A DNA stretch of 46,069 nucleotides, from contig DYIW01000007.1 of assembly GCA_020723465.1 (NCBI GenBank), positions 1 through 46,069 of the forward strand, given 5' to 3'. The position numbers and the translations under genes are program-made. A model generated the notes under the pieces. That model was not told the origin of the DNA. It did no database searches and was given only the letters and a program-made list of their open reading frames with translations. Within the stretch, counting starts at the first letter, position 1. Each line of letters opens with the position of its first letter. Of the stretch, positions 1-9,500 are shown in pieces. The stretch comes from Phycisphaera mikurensis. Its GTDB lineage: Bacteria; Planctomycetota; B15-G4; JADJEK01.

Positions 1-344
1 CGGAGGGCTCCGCCCATGCGGATTTCGGGGGGGCACACGCTTGTTCCGGGGCTAGCTCGCCCAGGGGCAAGTATGTTCACGTCATCCGGCGCTGCGGCGT
101 TTGTGATTACAGCCTCATCGAGCCTGTCGAGAGGACGTGAGCGCAGTCATGGTGTTTCGAGGCATTCCCTACCTGCCGCGGTGAATCGAGCCGCACGTCG
201 TGTGAATGGGTCCTTGCGGGGCCCACCCGGGAAGTGGCATGCATTACGGGGGCCGGCTTCACGGACCACCCGCCGGAGAGCTTCGCGGCCCGCAGGTCAA
301 CGTGGAGGGTGGAGGGACCCGATCGGGTACGAGGACGGTTGCAG

Positions 345-773
345 GTGAGACGGCGCATTGTATTTGAGGTTGCCGGGGAGCTTCCACCGAAGAAGGACGG
401 AGCGAAGTCGATGTGGGCCAAGCCGGAGGAGGTGCCGCGGTTGATCGCGCTCCGTCGAGCGGCGCTGGAGGCGCTGGCGGGGCAAGCGGCGTTTCGCGCG
501 AGCATCGGCGTAGAGCTTGAGCTTCACTGTCCGCTGAGAGCGGCACGCGGGGTGGGTGACCTGGACAACTTCATCACGGGCGTGTGTGATGGGCTGATGG
601 CGGCAGGCCCGCGGAGCCGAATGGATCCTCGGTGGGATGCGGCGGACGTGGGGGACATACATCCGTCCAAGACCGTGGCCATGGAGGATGATTCGGCCGT
701 AGTGTCGATCACAGCCAGGAACATCGCGGACGCCCCGACACCGTGGTATCGGGTGTCTCTGGAAGGGGAGTAG
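345..773 (+). CDS. RusA-like Holliday-junction resolvase fold protein. The start is placed at in-frame GTG 345; the track ORF begins at 234.
   Basis: GDLDNFITGVCDGLM followed by MEDDSAVVSITARN fits the RusA pattern DxDN..K...DaL ... DD..v. The size, about 140 aa, also fits. The region upstream of 345 translates to Arg-rich junk. Confidence 0.45.
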   Translation: MRRRIVFEVAGELPPKKDGAKSMWAKPEEVPRLIALRRAALEALAGQAAFRASIGVELELHCPLRAARGVGDLDNFITGVCDGLMAAGPRSRMDPRWDAADVGDIHPSKTVAMEDDSAVVSITARNIADAPTPWYRVSLEGE

Positions 774-925
774 CTTGGGCGGTCCGGGAAAGGAGCGGAT
801 GGGGCGTGCGGCGCCGCGCGCGGCCGCTGGACGCGCGGGTGGGTTTCCAGCGGGCGGTGGTGCCGCGGCACGGTCGGAGAGGCCAGTGTGATGGTTGAGT
901 CGCAGGTTGCGGGTGGTGGCGGAGG

Positions 926-3900
926 GTGACGGTGCCTAAGCCACTCCGCCGCGGACAGTTGCTCGTCGGCGCGCTCTTCAGGGAGGCGATGCGCGTCGAG
1001 ACCGTCGAGGCGAGCGGCCCGGAGAGCTGGACGGTCGGGCTGGTGGGCTCGCGGTCGGAGCGGTACCGCAAGGTCACGCTGACGGCGGCCGATCTGGCGC
1101 AGCTCAGCATCCTGGACACGGAGCGCTCGTTCGACGGGGACGGCCGCCTGGTGCGGCTGGGCCTGCAGGCGTACGCGCTCGGCATCGCGTTCGAGTTCGA
1201 CCCGTACTTCGGCCTGTCGATCTCGCGCGTGGATCCGCTGCCCCACCAGCTCGAAGCGGTCTACGACTACCTGCTGAAGCTCGCGCGCGTGCGCTTCCTG
1301 CTCGCGGACGACGCCGGCGCCGGCAAGACGATCATGGCGGGCCTGCTGATCCGCGAGCTGGAACTGCGCGGGCTCGCCGAGCGCATCCTGATCGTCTGCC
1401 CGGCGAACCTGGCCTTCCAGTGGCAGCGCGAGCTGAAGGAGAAGTTCGACACCAAGTTCCTGGTGATGAAGGGCCAGGACCTGCGCGAGCAGTTCGGCGT
1501 GAACCAGTGGCTGGAGCGCAACCGGGTCATCACGTCGCTCGACCTGGCGAAGCGCGCGGAGATCCTGCCGGGCTTGCGGCAGGTTCACTGGGACCTGGTC
1601 ATCGTGGACGAGGCGCACCGCATGTCGGCCGCGGACGAGTCGCACAAGAGCCTGCGCTACCGGCTGGGCGAGCTCCTGCGCGACAGCGCGGATCACATGC
1701 TGCTGCTCACCGCCACTCCGCACAAGGGCGACCCGCAGAACTTCAGCCTGTTCCTGCAGTTGCTCGACGCCGACGCCTACGCGGACGTCAAGTCGATCCG
1801 CGAGGCCATGAGCCGCCGCCGCGCGCCCTTCTACCTGCGGCGCACCAAGGAGGCGATGGTCCACTTCCCCGAGCGGCGCGGCGACGGCTCGTGGGCGGCG
1901 GAGCCCATCTTCACCAAGCGCATCCCGCACACCGTCGACTTCCAGATCGACGGCGCCGAGTTCGACCTCTACCGCGACGTGACGCGCTTCGTGAAGCGCG
2001 AGAGCGCCCGCGCCGCCGCCGCGGGCGAGGATCCGCGCGCCCGCGCCATCGGCTTCCTCATGTCCCTCTACCAGCGCCGCCTCGCGTCCAGCACCTTCGC
2101 CATGCGCCGCTCGCTGGAGAACCGCACGCGCCGCCTGGAAGAGGGCCTGAAGCGCGCGCAGGACCTGGTCCGCCAGGCGCCCCCCGACCTCCCGGACCCG
2201 GAGGAGCTCGAGGAAATGGAGGAAGGCGAGCGCGAGCGGCTCGAGCAGATGCTCGAGGCGATCACGCTTTCCGGCAGCGCGGAGCAGGTGCGCCAGGAAG
2301 CTCTGGAGCTGCGGCGCCTCGCGGACCAGGCGCGCGCCGTCGAGGAAGCGGGCGCCGAGGCCAAGCTCTCCCAGCTCAGGGCGCTCTTGCACGAGGAGGG
2401 CTTCTTCGACCGTCCGACGCAGCGCCTGCTGCTCTTCACCGAGTTCAAGGACACGCTCGACTACCTGGTCGATCGCCTGCGGCTCTGGGGCTTCCGCGTG
2501 GGCTTCATCCACGGCGGCATGAAGATCGGCTCGCGCGACGACCCGGGCACGCGCCTGCATGCGGAGCAGCAGTTCAAGGAGGGCGAGATCCAGGTGCTCG
2601 CGGCCACCGAGGCGGCCGGCGAAGGCATCAACCTGCAGGTGTGCAACATCCTCTTCAACTACGACATCCCCTGGAACCCCAACCGGCTCGAGCAGCGCAT
2701 GGGCCGCATCCACCGCTACGGCCAGCGCAAGGACTGCCTGATCTTCAACTTCGTGGCCACAAACACCATCGAGGGCAAGGTGCTGCAGCGCCTGCTCTTG
2801 AAGCTGCAGGAGATCCGCGACGCCCTGGAGGACGACGCGGTCTTCAACGTCGTGGGCGAGGTGCTGCCCGCGGCGCACGTCGAGCGCGTGCTGCGCGACT
2901 ACTACGCCGGCCGCCTCGGCGACGCCGACCTCGAGGAGCGCCTGCTCTGCAACGTGGACGAGCGCCAGTTCCGCGCCATCTGCCAGAACGCGCTCGAGGG
3001 GCTGGCGAGCAAGAAGCTCAACCTCGAGATGCTGATCGAGCGGCGCGCCCGCGCCCAGGAGCGCCGCGTCGTGCCCGAGACCATCGCGCGCTTCCTGCGC
3101 GAGGCGGCCGAGTACGTGCCGCTCGCGCTCAAGCCCGTGCCGTCGCTGCCGCACGCCTTCGAGCCGGCGCGCACGCCGCCCGCGCTGCGCCGCTTCGAGA
3201 AGGAGGCGGACTGGAAGCTGCCCGCGCTGGCCGACCGCTATCCGCGCTGCTCCACCGACCGCGAGACCGCCGAGACCGAGAAGCTCGAGTGGGTCACGCC
3301 CGGCCATCCCCTGTTCGAGGCCATGCGCCGGCATACCCACCAGCGCGCGCTGGACGACCTGCGCCGGGGCGCCGCTTTCCACTCGCTGCAGCACGAGGCG
3401 CCGGCGCGCCTCGACTTCTACCGCGCGCGCATCGTCGACGGCCTCGGGCAGGTCGTGCACGAGCGGTTGTTCGCGCTCGAGATCGCCGAGCAGGGCGAGC
3501 CGCGGCTCCAGGAACCGAGCCTGCTCGGCAACTTCGCGCCGGCCGAGGCGCCGGTCGCCCTGCCCGCGGCGGCGCTCCTCCCCGAGGCCACGGCCTGGCT
3601 CCACGAGCACGCGCTGCTGCCGTTCCTCGAGGAGACGCGCGCCGAGCGCCTGGCGGAGGTCGATCGCGTCGGCGCGCACGTGGAGCTGTCGCTCACCGAG
3701 CTCCTGCAGCGCGCGGACGAGGAGATCGGCCGCGCCGCCGCCGACGCCGAGCAGAAGCTCCCCGGCGCCGAGGGGCGGCTCGCGCTGGCCGAGGCGCGCC
3801 ACGGCGAGCTGCTCGCCCGCCGGGAGCGGCGCCGCGCGGATCTCGAGCAGCAGCGCGCGCTCACTCTGCAGTCCGTGGAGCGCCTGGCCAGCGTGCTGGT

Positions 3901-4360
3901 GCTGCCGCACCCCGAGCGCGACGCGCCGGAGGTGCGTCGCCTGCGGCCCAACTTCGAGACCGAGGCCGTCGCCATGCGCGTGGTCATGGAGCACGAGCGC
4001 GGCCGGGGCCGGCAGGTCTACGATGTCTCGGACCGCAACCTGGGCTACGACGTGACCAGCCTCGACCTCGCCTCGGGCGAGCTGCGGCTGATCGAGGTCA
4101 AGGGGCTCGGCGCAGCCACCGGCACCGTGCTGCTCACGCCCAACGAGCGGCGCGTCGCCGAGGACCGGCGCGACTGCTTCTGGCTCTACGTCGTGACCAA
4201 CTGCGACTCGACCCCCGTGCTCCAGGAGCCGATCCGCGATCCCGCGCGGCTCGACTGGAACGAGGTCACGAAGGTCGCGCACTACTACCTGTCGGTGGAC
4301 GCGATGACCAAGCCCATGCAGGTCCGCGAGGAGTCCCCGCCCTACGGCACCAGGAGCTGA
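926..4360 (+). CDS. SNF2/DEAH-family helicase with a C-terminal PD-(D/E)xK nuclease-like (DUF3883-like) domain.
   Basis: Motif I is LLADDAGAGKTIMAG, motif II is VIVDEAHRM and motif VI is QRMGRIHRYGQ. The C-terminus reads YDVSDRNLGYDVTSLD...LRLIEVKG...FWLYVV, a D...ExK nuclease core. GTG start at 926 is preceded by GGCGGAGG. Confidence 0.9.
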   Translation: MTVPKPLRRGQLLVGALFREAMRVETVEASGPESWTVGLVGSRSERYRKVTLTAADLAQLSILDTERSFDGDGRLVRLGLQAYALGIAFEFDPYFGLSISRVDPLPHQLEAVYDYLLKLARVRFLLADDAGAGKTIMAGLLIRELELRGLAERILIVCPANLAFQWQRELKEKFDTKFLVMKGQDLREQFGVNQWLERNRVITSLDLAKRAEILPGLRQVHWDLVIVDEAHRMSAADESHKSLRYRLGELLRDSADHMLLLTATPHKGDPQNFSLFLQLLDADAYADVKSIREAMSRRRAPFYLRRTKEAMVHFPERRGDGSWAAEPIFTKRIPHTVDFQIDGAEFDLYRDVTRFVKRESARAAAAGEDPRARAIGFLMSLYQRRLASSTFAMRRSLENRTRRLEEGLKRAQDLVRQAPPDLPDPEELEEMEEGERERLEQMLEAITLSGSAEQVRQEALELRRLADQARAVEEAGAEAKLSQLRALLHEEGFFDRPTQRLLLFTEFKDTLDYLVDRLRLWGFRVGFIHGGMKIGSRDDPGTRLHAEQQFKEGEIQVLAATEAAGEGINLQVCNILFNYDIPWNPNRLEQRMGRIHRYGQRKDCLIFNFVATNTIEGKVLQRLLLKLQEIRDALEDDAVFNVVGEVLPAAHVERVLRDYYAGRLGDADLEERLLCNVDERQFRAICQNALEGLASKKLNLEMLIERRARAQERRVVPETIARFLREAAEYVPLALKPVPSLPHAFEPARTPPALRRFEKEADWKLPALADRYPRCSTDRETAETEKLEWVTPGHPLFEAMRRHTHQRALDDLRRGAAFHSLQHEAPARLDFYRARIVDGLGQVVHERLFALEIAEQGEPRLQEPSLLGNFAPAEAPVALPAAALLPEATAWLHEHALLPFLEETRAERLAEVDRVGAHVELSLTELLQRADEEIGRAAADAEQKLPGAEGRLALAEARHGELLARRERRRADLEQQRALTLQSVERLASVLVLPHPERDAPEVRRLRPNFETEAVAMRVVMEHERGRGRQVYDVSDRNLGYDVTSLDLASGELRLIEVKGLGAATGTVLLTPNERRVAEDRRDCFWLYVVTNCDSTPVLQEPIRDPARLDWNEVTKVAHYYLSVDAMTKPMQVREESPPYGTRS

Positions 4361-4364
4361 ACCG

Positions 4365-6137
4365 ATGTCTGCAATGCGACTGACCGAAAGGGACCTTGGC
4401 CGCGAGCTCGACGAGTTCAAGGAACGCTACCCGAAGCTCTCCGACGACGAACTGTTCGTGCTCTGGTTTCTGCGCGCCTTCGTGGCCGAGGACGAGGGCT
4501 CGGCGGCATCTGCACTCTGTGGTGGCCCGCGCGACAAGGGTATCGATGCCGTCTTGATCGACGACGCTGCCCGAATCGTGTTCATGGTTCAGGGCAAGTA
4601 CCGCCACAAGGTGGCTGCGAAGGCGGAGCGTCGCGAGGACGTCACGGGGTTCGCCCAACTCGCCGCAGACCTCTGCGGAGACGGGCCCGCGTTCGTGAGC
4701 CTTTGCAAGGACCTTTCGCCGGAAGTCTCACGCCGCCTGGATGAGGCACGCACTCGCATCAGGAAGCGCGGTTATGGGTTGCATCACTACTACGTGACGC
4801 TCGGCAAGTGCAGCGGCGCGCTTCGCGACGAAGCCACACGGATCGTCCGCGCTGCCGATGCTGCAACCGTGTTCGAGATCTTTGAGGGCAAGAGGATCAT
4901 GCTGCTGCTCGCCGACTACCTCGACGGCGTCGCGCCACCCGTGCCTTCCCTGGACATCGCGATCGAATCTGGCGGCGGCGTGCGCACTGGTGGAGTCTTC
5001 AACCGGTACGACAGCAAGACCGAGATCGAGTCCTGGGCCTTCTCCATGACCAGTGCCGCGGTCGCGGACATGTACGAGCGCGCAGGCAGCCGGCTGTTCG
5101 CGCGCAACGTCCGAGGATTCCTCGGCAGCACGGAGATCAACCGGGGCATGGAAGCCACGCTGCAAAGGGAACCGGAGTACTTCTGGTACTACAACAACGG
5201 CATCACGATCATCTGCGATGACGCCAAGCAGGAGTCGAGCCGCGGCCAGCAGATCCTGCGCGTTACCAACCCGCAGGTCATCAACGGCCAGCAGACCACG
5301 AGAACGCTAGCGCGCACTGGGAGCGACGGCCAGAAGGCAAGTGTACTGGTGCGGGTCATCCGTGTGCCCCGTTCATCGCAGCGCGCGGACAACGGCTTCG
5401 AGACGCTGGTCTCGCGCATCGTATCCGCGACGAACTGGCAGAATGCGATCCGGCCGTCGGACCTGATGTCGAACGACCGGCGCCAGATCGAGATCGAGCG
5501 GCAGCTCCGAAAGCTCCACTACCTCTACTTGCGCAAGCGGATGACCAAGGGTGAGGCGCGCCGCGCGGCAGGCGCCCGACACCTTCGCCTGATCAAGAAG
5601 GAGGAACTCGCGCAGGCCGTAGCGGCTTGTGACCTGGATCCATTGGTCGTGCGCGAAGGCAAGGAGGGGCTGTTCGAGGAGCGCTGGTATGGACAGGTGT
5701 TTCCGACCGCCGATCCGAACTACTACCTCTCGCGCTACTGGCTGATGCGGGAGGTGAGCTACACCGCCCGTGGGTACCCAGAGCGAGCTTACGCCAAGTG
5801 GCTTGTCCTGAACTTCGTATGGCAGTCCCTTGATCCGTTGTGCCGCAGGCGGGCAGCGGCGACCGCGTTTCGCGAGGCGTGCGAGCGCGACACCGCGGAG
5901 CTCGTGAGTCCTTTGCTCAGAGCAATCGACGCCGCCTTCGGCGCCTCTCTGCGCTTCTACCGCGCGAACCGCGGCAGCGGTCCGACCGCGATCGACGTCT
6001 CGACCTTCTTCAAGCGCCGCAACCTCGACAAAGAGTTCGCACGCTTCTGGCGGGGTTCGCGCAACGCGTCGCGCGGGCGGTACAACCGATCTTGGGCGCG
6101 ATTCCGCAAGGTGCTCGAGGGGGAGATGAGCGCGTGA
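4365..6137 (+). CDS. AIPR-family abortive-infection protein.
   Basis: YFWYYNNGITIICDD is the AIPR hallmark. The N-terminal DKGIDAVLIDD...VFMVQGKY looks like a restriction-endonuclease-type core. The start lies 4 nt after the helicase stop. Confidence 0.8.
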   Translation: MSAMRLTERDLGRELDEFKERYPKLSDDELFVLWFLRAFVAEDEGSAASALCGGPRDKGIDAVLIDDAARIVFMVQGKYRHKVAAKAERREDVTGFAQLAADLCGDGPAFVSLCKDLSPEVSRRLDEARTRIRKRGYGLHHYYVTLGKCSGALRDEATRIVRAADAATVFEIFEGKRIMLLLADYLDGVAPPVPSLDIAIESGGGVRTGGVFNRYDSKTEIESWAFSMTSAAVADMYERAGSRLFARNVRGFLGSTEINRGMEATLQREPEYFWYYNNGITIICDDAKQESSRGQQILRVTNPQVINGQQTTRTLARTGSDGQKASVLVRVIRVPRSSQRADNGFETLVSRIVSATNWQNAIRPSDLMSNDRRQIEIERQLRKLHYLYLRKRMTKGEARRAAGARHLRLIKKEELAQAVAACDLDPLVVREGKEGLFEERWYGQVFPTADPNYYLSRYWLMREVSYTARGYPERAYAKWLVLNFVWQSLDPLCRRRAAATAFREACERDTAELVSPLLRAIDAAFGASLRFYRANRGSGPTAIDVSTFFKRRNLDKEFARFWRGSRNASRGRYNRSWARFRKVLEGEMSA

Positions 6138-6166
6138 TCGCGAAGGACTGCAAGCGTCTCGCCGAG
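6134..6166 (+). repeat. Diverged copy of the methylase 5' end. The native copy is 6523..6555.
   Basis: gtgatcgcgaaggactgcaagcgtctcgccgag versus atgatccccaaggagtgcaagcgcctggcggaa. Both are in frame and encode the same I-x-K-[DE]-C-K-R-L-A-E peptide. Confidence 0.55.
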
Positions 6167-6526
6167 TCCGTCAAGCGTCAGGCGCGCCTGCCGCAGCCGG
6201 ACCGGCGGCGGATTCGGGAGGACCTGAGCGAGGTGGAGCAGGCGCTCTTGAAGCACGTGGCGGCGGAGGGCCGGGTGACCCGCGCCCAGCTCGTGGCGGC
6301 CTACGATCTCAGCGCGGATCAGGCCAAGCGGCTGCTCGCCGGGCTGGTGGAGCGCGGCCTGCTCGAACGTCGGGGCGAGGGGCGAGGCGCCCACTACGAG
6401 ACCGCCCGAAAAAAACGGGCGGTCGCCCGATCTATTGGGCGAGCGCCCATTTCAGGCGCCAAACCGCCCAATCCCGGTAGGAAAGCCCGGGGACCGAGTC
6501 GGAAGGGCAAGAAGGGGGCCCGATGA
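6134..6526 (+). CDS. Small winged-helix DNA-binding protein with a basic tail. Its first ~11 codons duplicate the methylase N-terminus.
   Basis: GTG 6134 overlaps the AIPR stop (GTGA) and the stop overlaps the methylase ATG (ATGA). RVTRAQLVAAYDLSADQAKRLLAGLVERGLLERRGEGRGAHYE is a typical wHTH. VIAKDCKRLAE compares with methylase MIPKECKRLAE. Confidence 0.55.
   Translation: MIAKDCKRLAESVKRQARLPQPDRRRIREDLSEVEQALLKHVAAEGRVTRAQLVAAYDLSADQAKRLLAGLVERGLLERRGEGRGAHYETARKKRAVARSIGRAPISGAKPPNPGRKARGPSRKGKKGAR
6401..6472. repeat. Nested inverted repeats around an A7 tract inside the 3' end of the wHTH ORF, 50-120 nt upstream of the methylase ATG.
   Basis: ACCGCCCG(6401-08)-AAAAAAA-CGGGCGGT(6416-23). 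There is an alternative CGGGCG(6416-21)/CGCCCG(6424-29) pairing. ATTGGGCG(6434-41) pairs with CGCCCAAT(6465-72), enclosing GCGCC(6443-47)/GGCGC(6455-59). The repeats are directly visible; their function is unknown. Confidence 0.5.
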
Positions 6527-9500
6527 TCCCCAAGGAGTGCAAGCGCCTGGCGGAAGTGGACTTTCCGATCGCCGAGGTGAGCCGGCACGCGGCGCGGGAG
6601 AAGTCGATCCGGCACGGGCATCCGAGCACGCTGCACCTCTGGTGGGCGCGGCGGCCGCTGGCATCGTGCCGTGCGGTGCTGCTGGCGCTCTTGTGGCCGG
6701 ACCCGTGCGATCCGCTCTGCCCGGCGGAGTTCAAGAGAGAGGCGCGGAAGCGCCTGCGCGAGGTCGGCGGCTGCAACCCGGGCAGCACGGACCAGGACCT
6801 GCGCCGCGCGCTGCTGCGCTTCATCGCGGACTTCGCGAACTGGGACAACGCGGCGCAGCCGACCTATCTCGAGGTGAGCCGGGCGCTGGTCAAGGCGGCG
6901 CACGCGCCCGCGGACGGCGGCCCGTACGAGCCGCCGCTGGTGGTGGATCCCTTCGCGGGCGGCGGCTCGATCCCGCTCGAAGCGCTGCGCGTCGGCTGCG
7001 AGGCGTTCGCGAGCGACCTGAACCCGGTCGCGTGCCTGATCCTCAAGGTGATGCTCGAGGACATCCCGCGCCACGGGCCGAAGCTCGCCGAGGACCTGCG
7101 CCGCGCCGGCGCGGAGATCAAGGCGCAGGCCGAGAAGGAGCTCGCCGACCTCTACCCCAGGGACCCGGACGGCGCCACGCCGATCGCCTACCTGTGGGCG
7201 CGCACCGTGCGCTGCGAGGCGCCGAACTGCGGCGCCGAGATCCCGCTGGCGCGCTCCTTCTGGCTGTGCAAGAAGAGCAACCGCCGCCGGGCGCTCCGCA
7301 CGCGCGTCGAACGGCCCGAGGAAGGGCCGCCGCGCGTGGAGTTCGAGGTCTTCGTGCCGAAGAGCGAGAAGGAGGTCCAGGGCGGCACCGTGGCGCGCGC
7401 CAAGGCGAGCTGCCTGGCTTGCGGCGCGGTGCTGCCGCCGGACCGCGTGCGCGCGCAGCTCGCCGCTGAGCGCGGCGGCGCGGACGTGGTGTTCGACGAG
7501 AAGGGCCGGCGAACCGGCGGGGCGCGGCTGCTGGCGGTGGTGACGCTCCGGCCCGGCGAGACCGGGCGGCACTACCGGCTCCCGGTCGATCGCGACGACC
7601 AGGCGGTGCGCCGGGCGCAGGCGCGGCTGGCGAAGCTGCTGGGCGACTGGGAGCGCGGCGGGAAGCAGGGGCTCTGCCCGGTGCCGGATGAGCCGACGCC
7701 GCCGATCGGGACGCTGGGTTTCCGAGTGCAGCGCTACGGCATGCTGCAGTGGGGCGACCTGTTCACGGCGAGGCAGAAGGTGGCGCTCCGAACCATCGCG
7801 GCTGCGGCGCGTGATCGACCGCAGTCGGGAGACGATGCGATTCGAACGACGATGGCAATGGTAGTTGGCCGGTGCGCGGACTACTCAAGCTCGATCGTCA
7901 GCTGGGCCCAGTCCGGAGAGTTCGTGCGGAGCACGTTCGGCCGCCAAGCGTTGCCGATCGTGTGGGATTTCGCGGAAGCGGTTCCGTGGTCGGACTCGTC
8001 TGGGAACCTGGACGGCGCCATCGACTGGACGTCCCGGGTCATCGAGCAGTGGCCGGGTTCAAAGGCCGGGCAGATCCAACCTGCTGACGCCACGGAGCAC
8101 CCTTTGCCGGACGACACGGCGCATCTCTGGTTCACCGACCCGCCGTACTACGACGCGGTCCCATACGCCGATCTCTCTGACTACTTCCTCGTCTGGCTCA
8201 AGCGCGCACTGCCGGGCCACCCGTTGCTCTGCGACCCCTTCGATCCGTCGGACCCTCTCGCGCCCAAGGCCCGCGAGGCGGTGCAGGACGAGACCAAGCA
8301 GCACGACGGTCGGTCCAAGGACCGTTCGTGGTTCGAGGAGACGATGGCCAAAACCTTCGCCGAGGGACGCCGCGTGCTGCACGAGGACGGAGTCGGCTCC
8401 GTGGTCTTCGCGCACAAGACCACGGAAGGTTGGGAAGCGCTCCTATCCGGGATGATCCGTGGCGGCTGGACGATCACCGGCTCGTGGCCGATCGCCACGG
8501 AGCGCCCCGGTCGTCTGCGCTCGCAGGATTCCGCCGCCCTCGCCACCAGCGTCCACCTCATCTGCCGCCCGCGGCCCGACGACGCCGGCGTGGGCGATTG
8601 GGCGGACGTGCTGCGCGAGCTGCCGGCGCGCGTCAGCGGGTGGATGGAGCGCCTGCAGGGGGAGGGCGTGCGCGGCGCGGACCTCGTGTTCGCCTGCATC
8701 GGTCCGGCGCTCGAGATCTTCAGCCGCTACGCCAGGGTCGAGACCGCCGAGGGGCGCGAGGTCAAGCTCGACGAGTATCTCGCCAAGGTCTGGGAGGTGG
8801 TCGGCCGGAGCGCTCTCGCGCAGGTGCTCGGCACGGCCGAGGCCGGGGTTCGGAACGGCGCGGGCGGCGCGGTCGAGGAAGACGCCCGGCTTACCGCGCT
8901 CTTCCTGTGGACGCTCCAGGCCACGGGCAACGGGACGGGGGCCGACAGGAGCGGCGACGAGGAAGGCGGCGAGGAGGCCGAAGAGGAAGAGGACGAGGAA
9001 GGCACGTCGCGCGGCAAGGCCAGGGGCTACGCGCTCGTGTTCGACGTGGTGCGGCGCTTCGCCCAGCCGCTCGGCATCGATCTGCCGAAGTGGGAGGCCC
9101 GAGTGATCGAGACCAAGAAGGGCGTGGTGCGCCTGCTCTCCGTGGCGGAGCGCGCGAGGCAGCTCTTCGGCGAGGAGGGAGCGGGCGCCGTGGCCGCGCG
9201 CCTGGAGCAGGCGGCGCCGGCCGGCCCGAACCCGCTGCAGGGCCTGCTCTTCCCCGAGGTGGAGGCCGCGCCGAGGGTCCGCGGCCGCGGCGCGCGCGGC
9301 CGCGGCGGGCGTCTCGCGGGCGGCGAGGTCTCGGACGAGGCCCTGGCCGCCGCGGGCGAGGCCACCACCCTCGACCGGGTCCACGCCGCCATGCTGCTCC
9401 AGGCCGGCGGCCGCACCAACGCCCTGCGCGCGCTGCTCAGGGCCGAGCAGGACCGCGGCCCGGACTTCCTGCGCCTCGCCAACGCTCTCTCCGCGCTCTA

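Noticed and set aside
1-344. ORFs 16..348 (+) and 107..505 (-) at the left edge.
   Set aside because: Their translations are Arg/Ser-rich with no motifs, no RBS and no recognisable family. The region is treated as non-coding or leader sequence of unknown function.
524-4420. 1298-aa minus-strand ORF, and the 987-aa alternative plus-frame ORF 1420..4383, covering the helicase gene.
   Set aside because: Their composition is Arg/Ala/Gly/Pro-rich with no motifs. They mirror the SNF2 gene, which has complete helicase motifs. These are typical high-GC shadow ORFs.
6407-6526. Programmed -1 frameshift on the A_AAA_AAA heptamer, fusing the wHTH ORF to the methylase.
   Set aside because: The -1 frame is the methylase frame, but it hits TAG at 6478..6480 before the methylase ATG. 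No fusion product is possible. The hairpin spacing is also atypical for -1 PRF.
8925-9005. Acidic GAG/GAA-rich run (GDEEGGEEAEEEEDEEG) inside the methylase, considered as a possible microsatellite or phase-variation tract.
   Set aside because: It is an imperfect mix of codons rather than a pure repeat unit, and it stays in frame. It is most simply an acidic linker.
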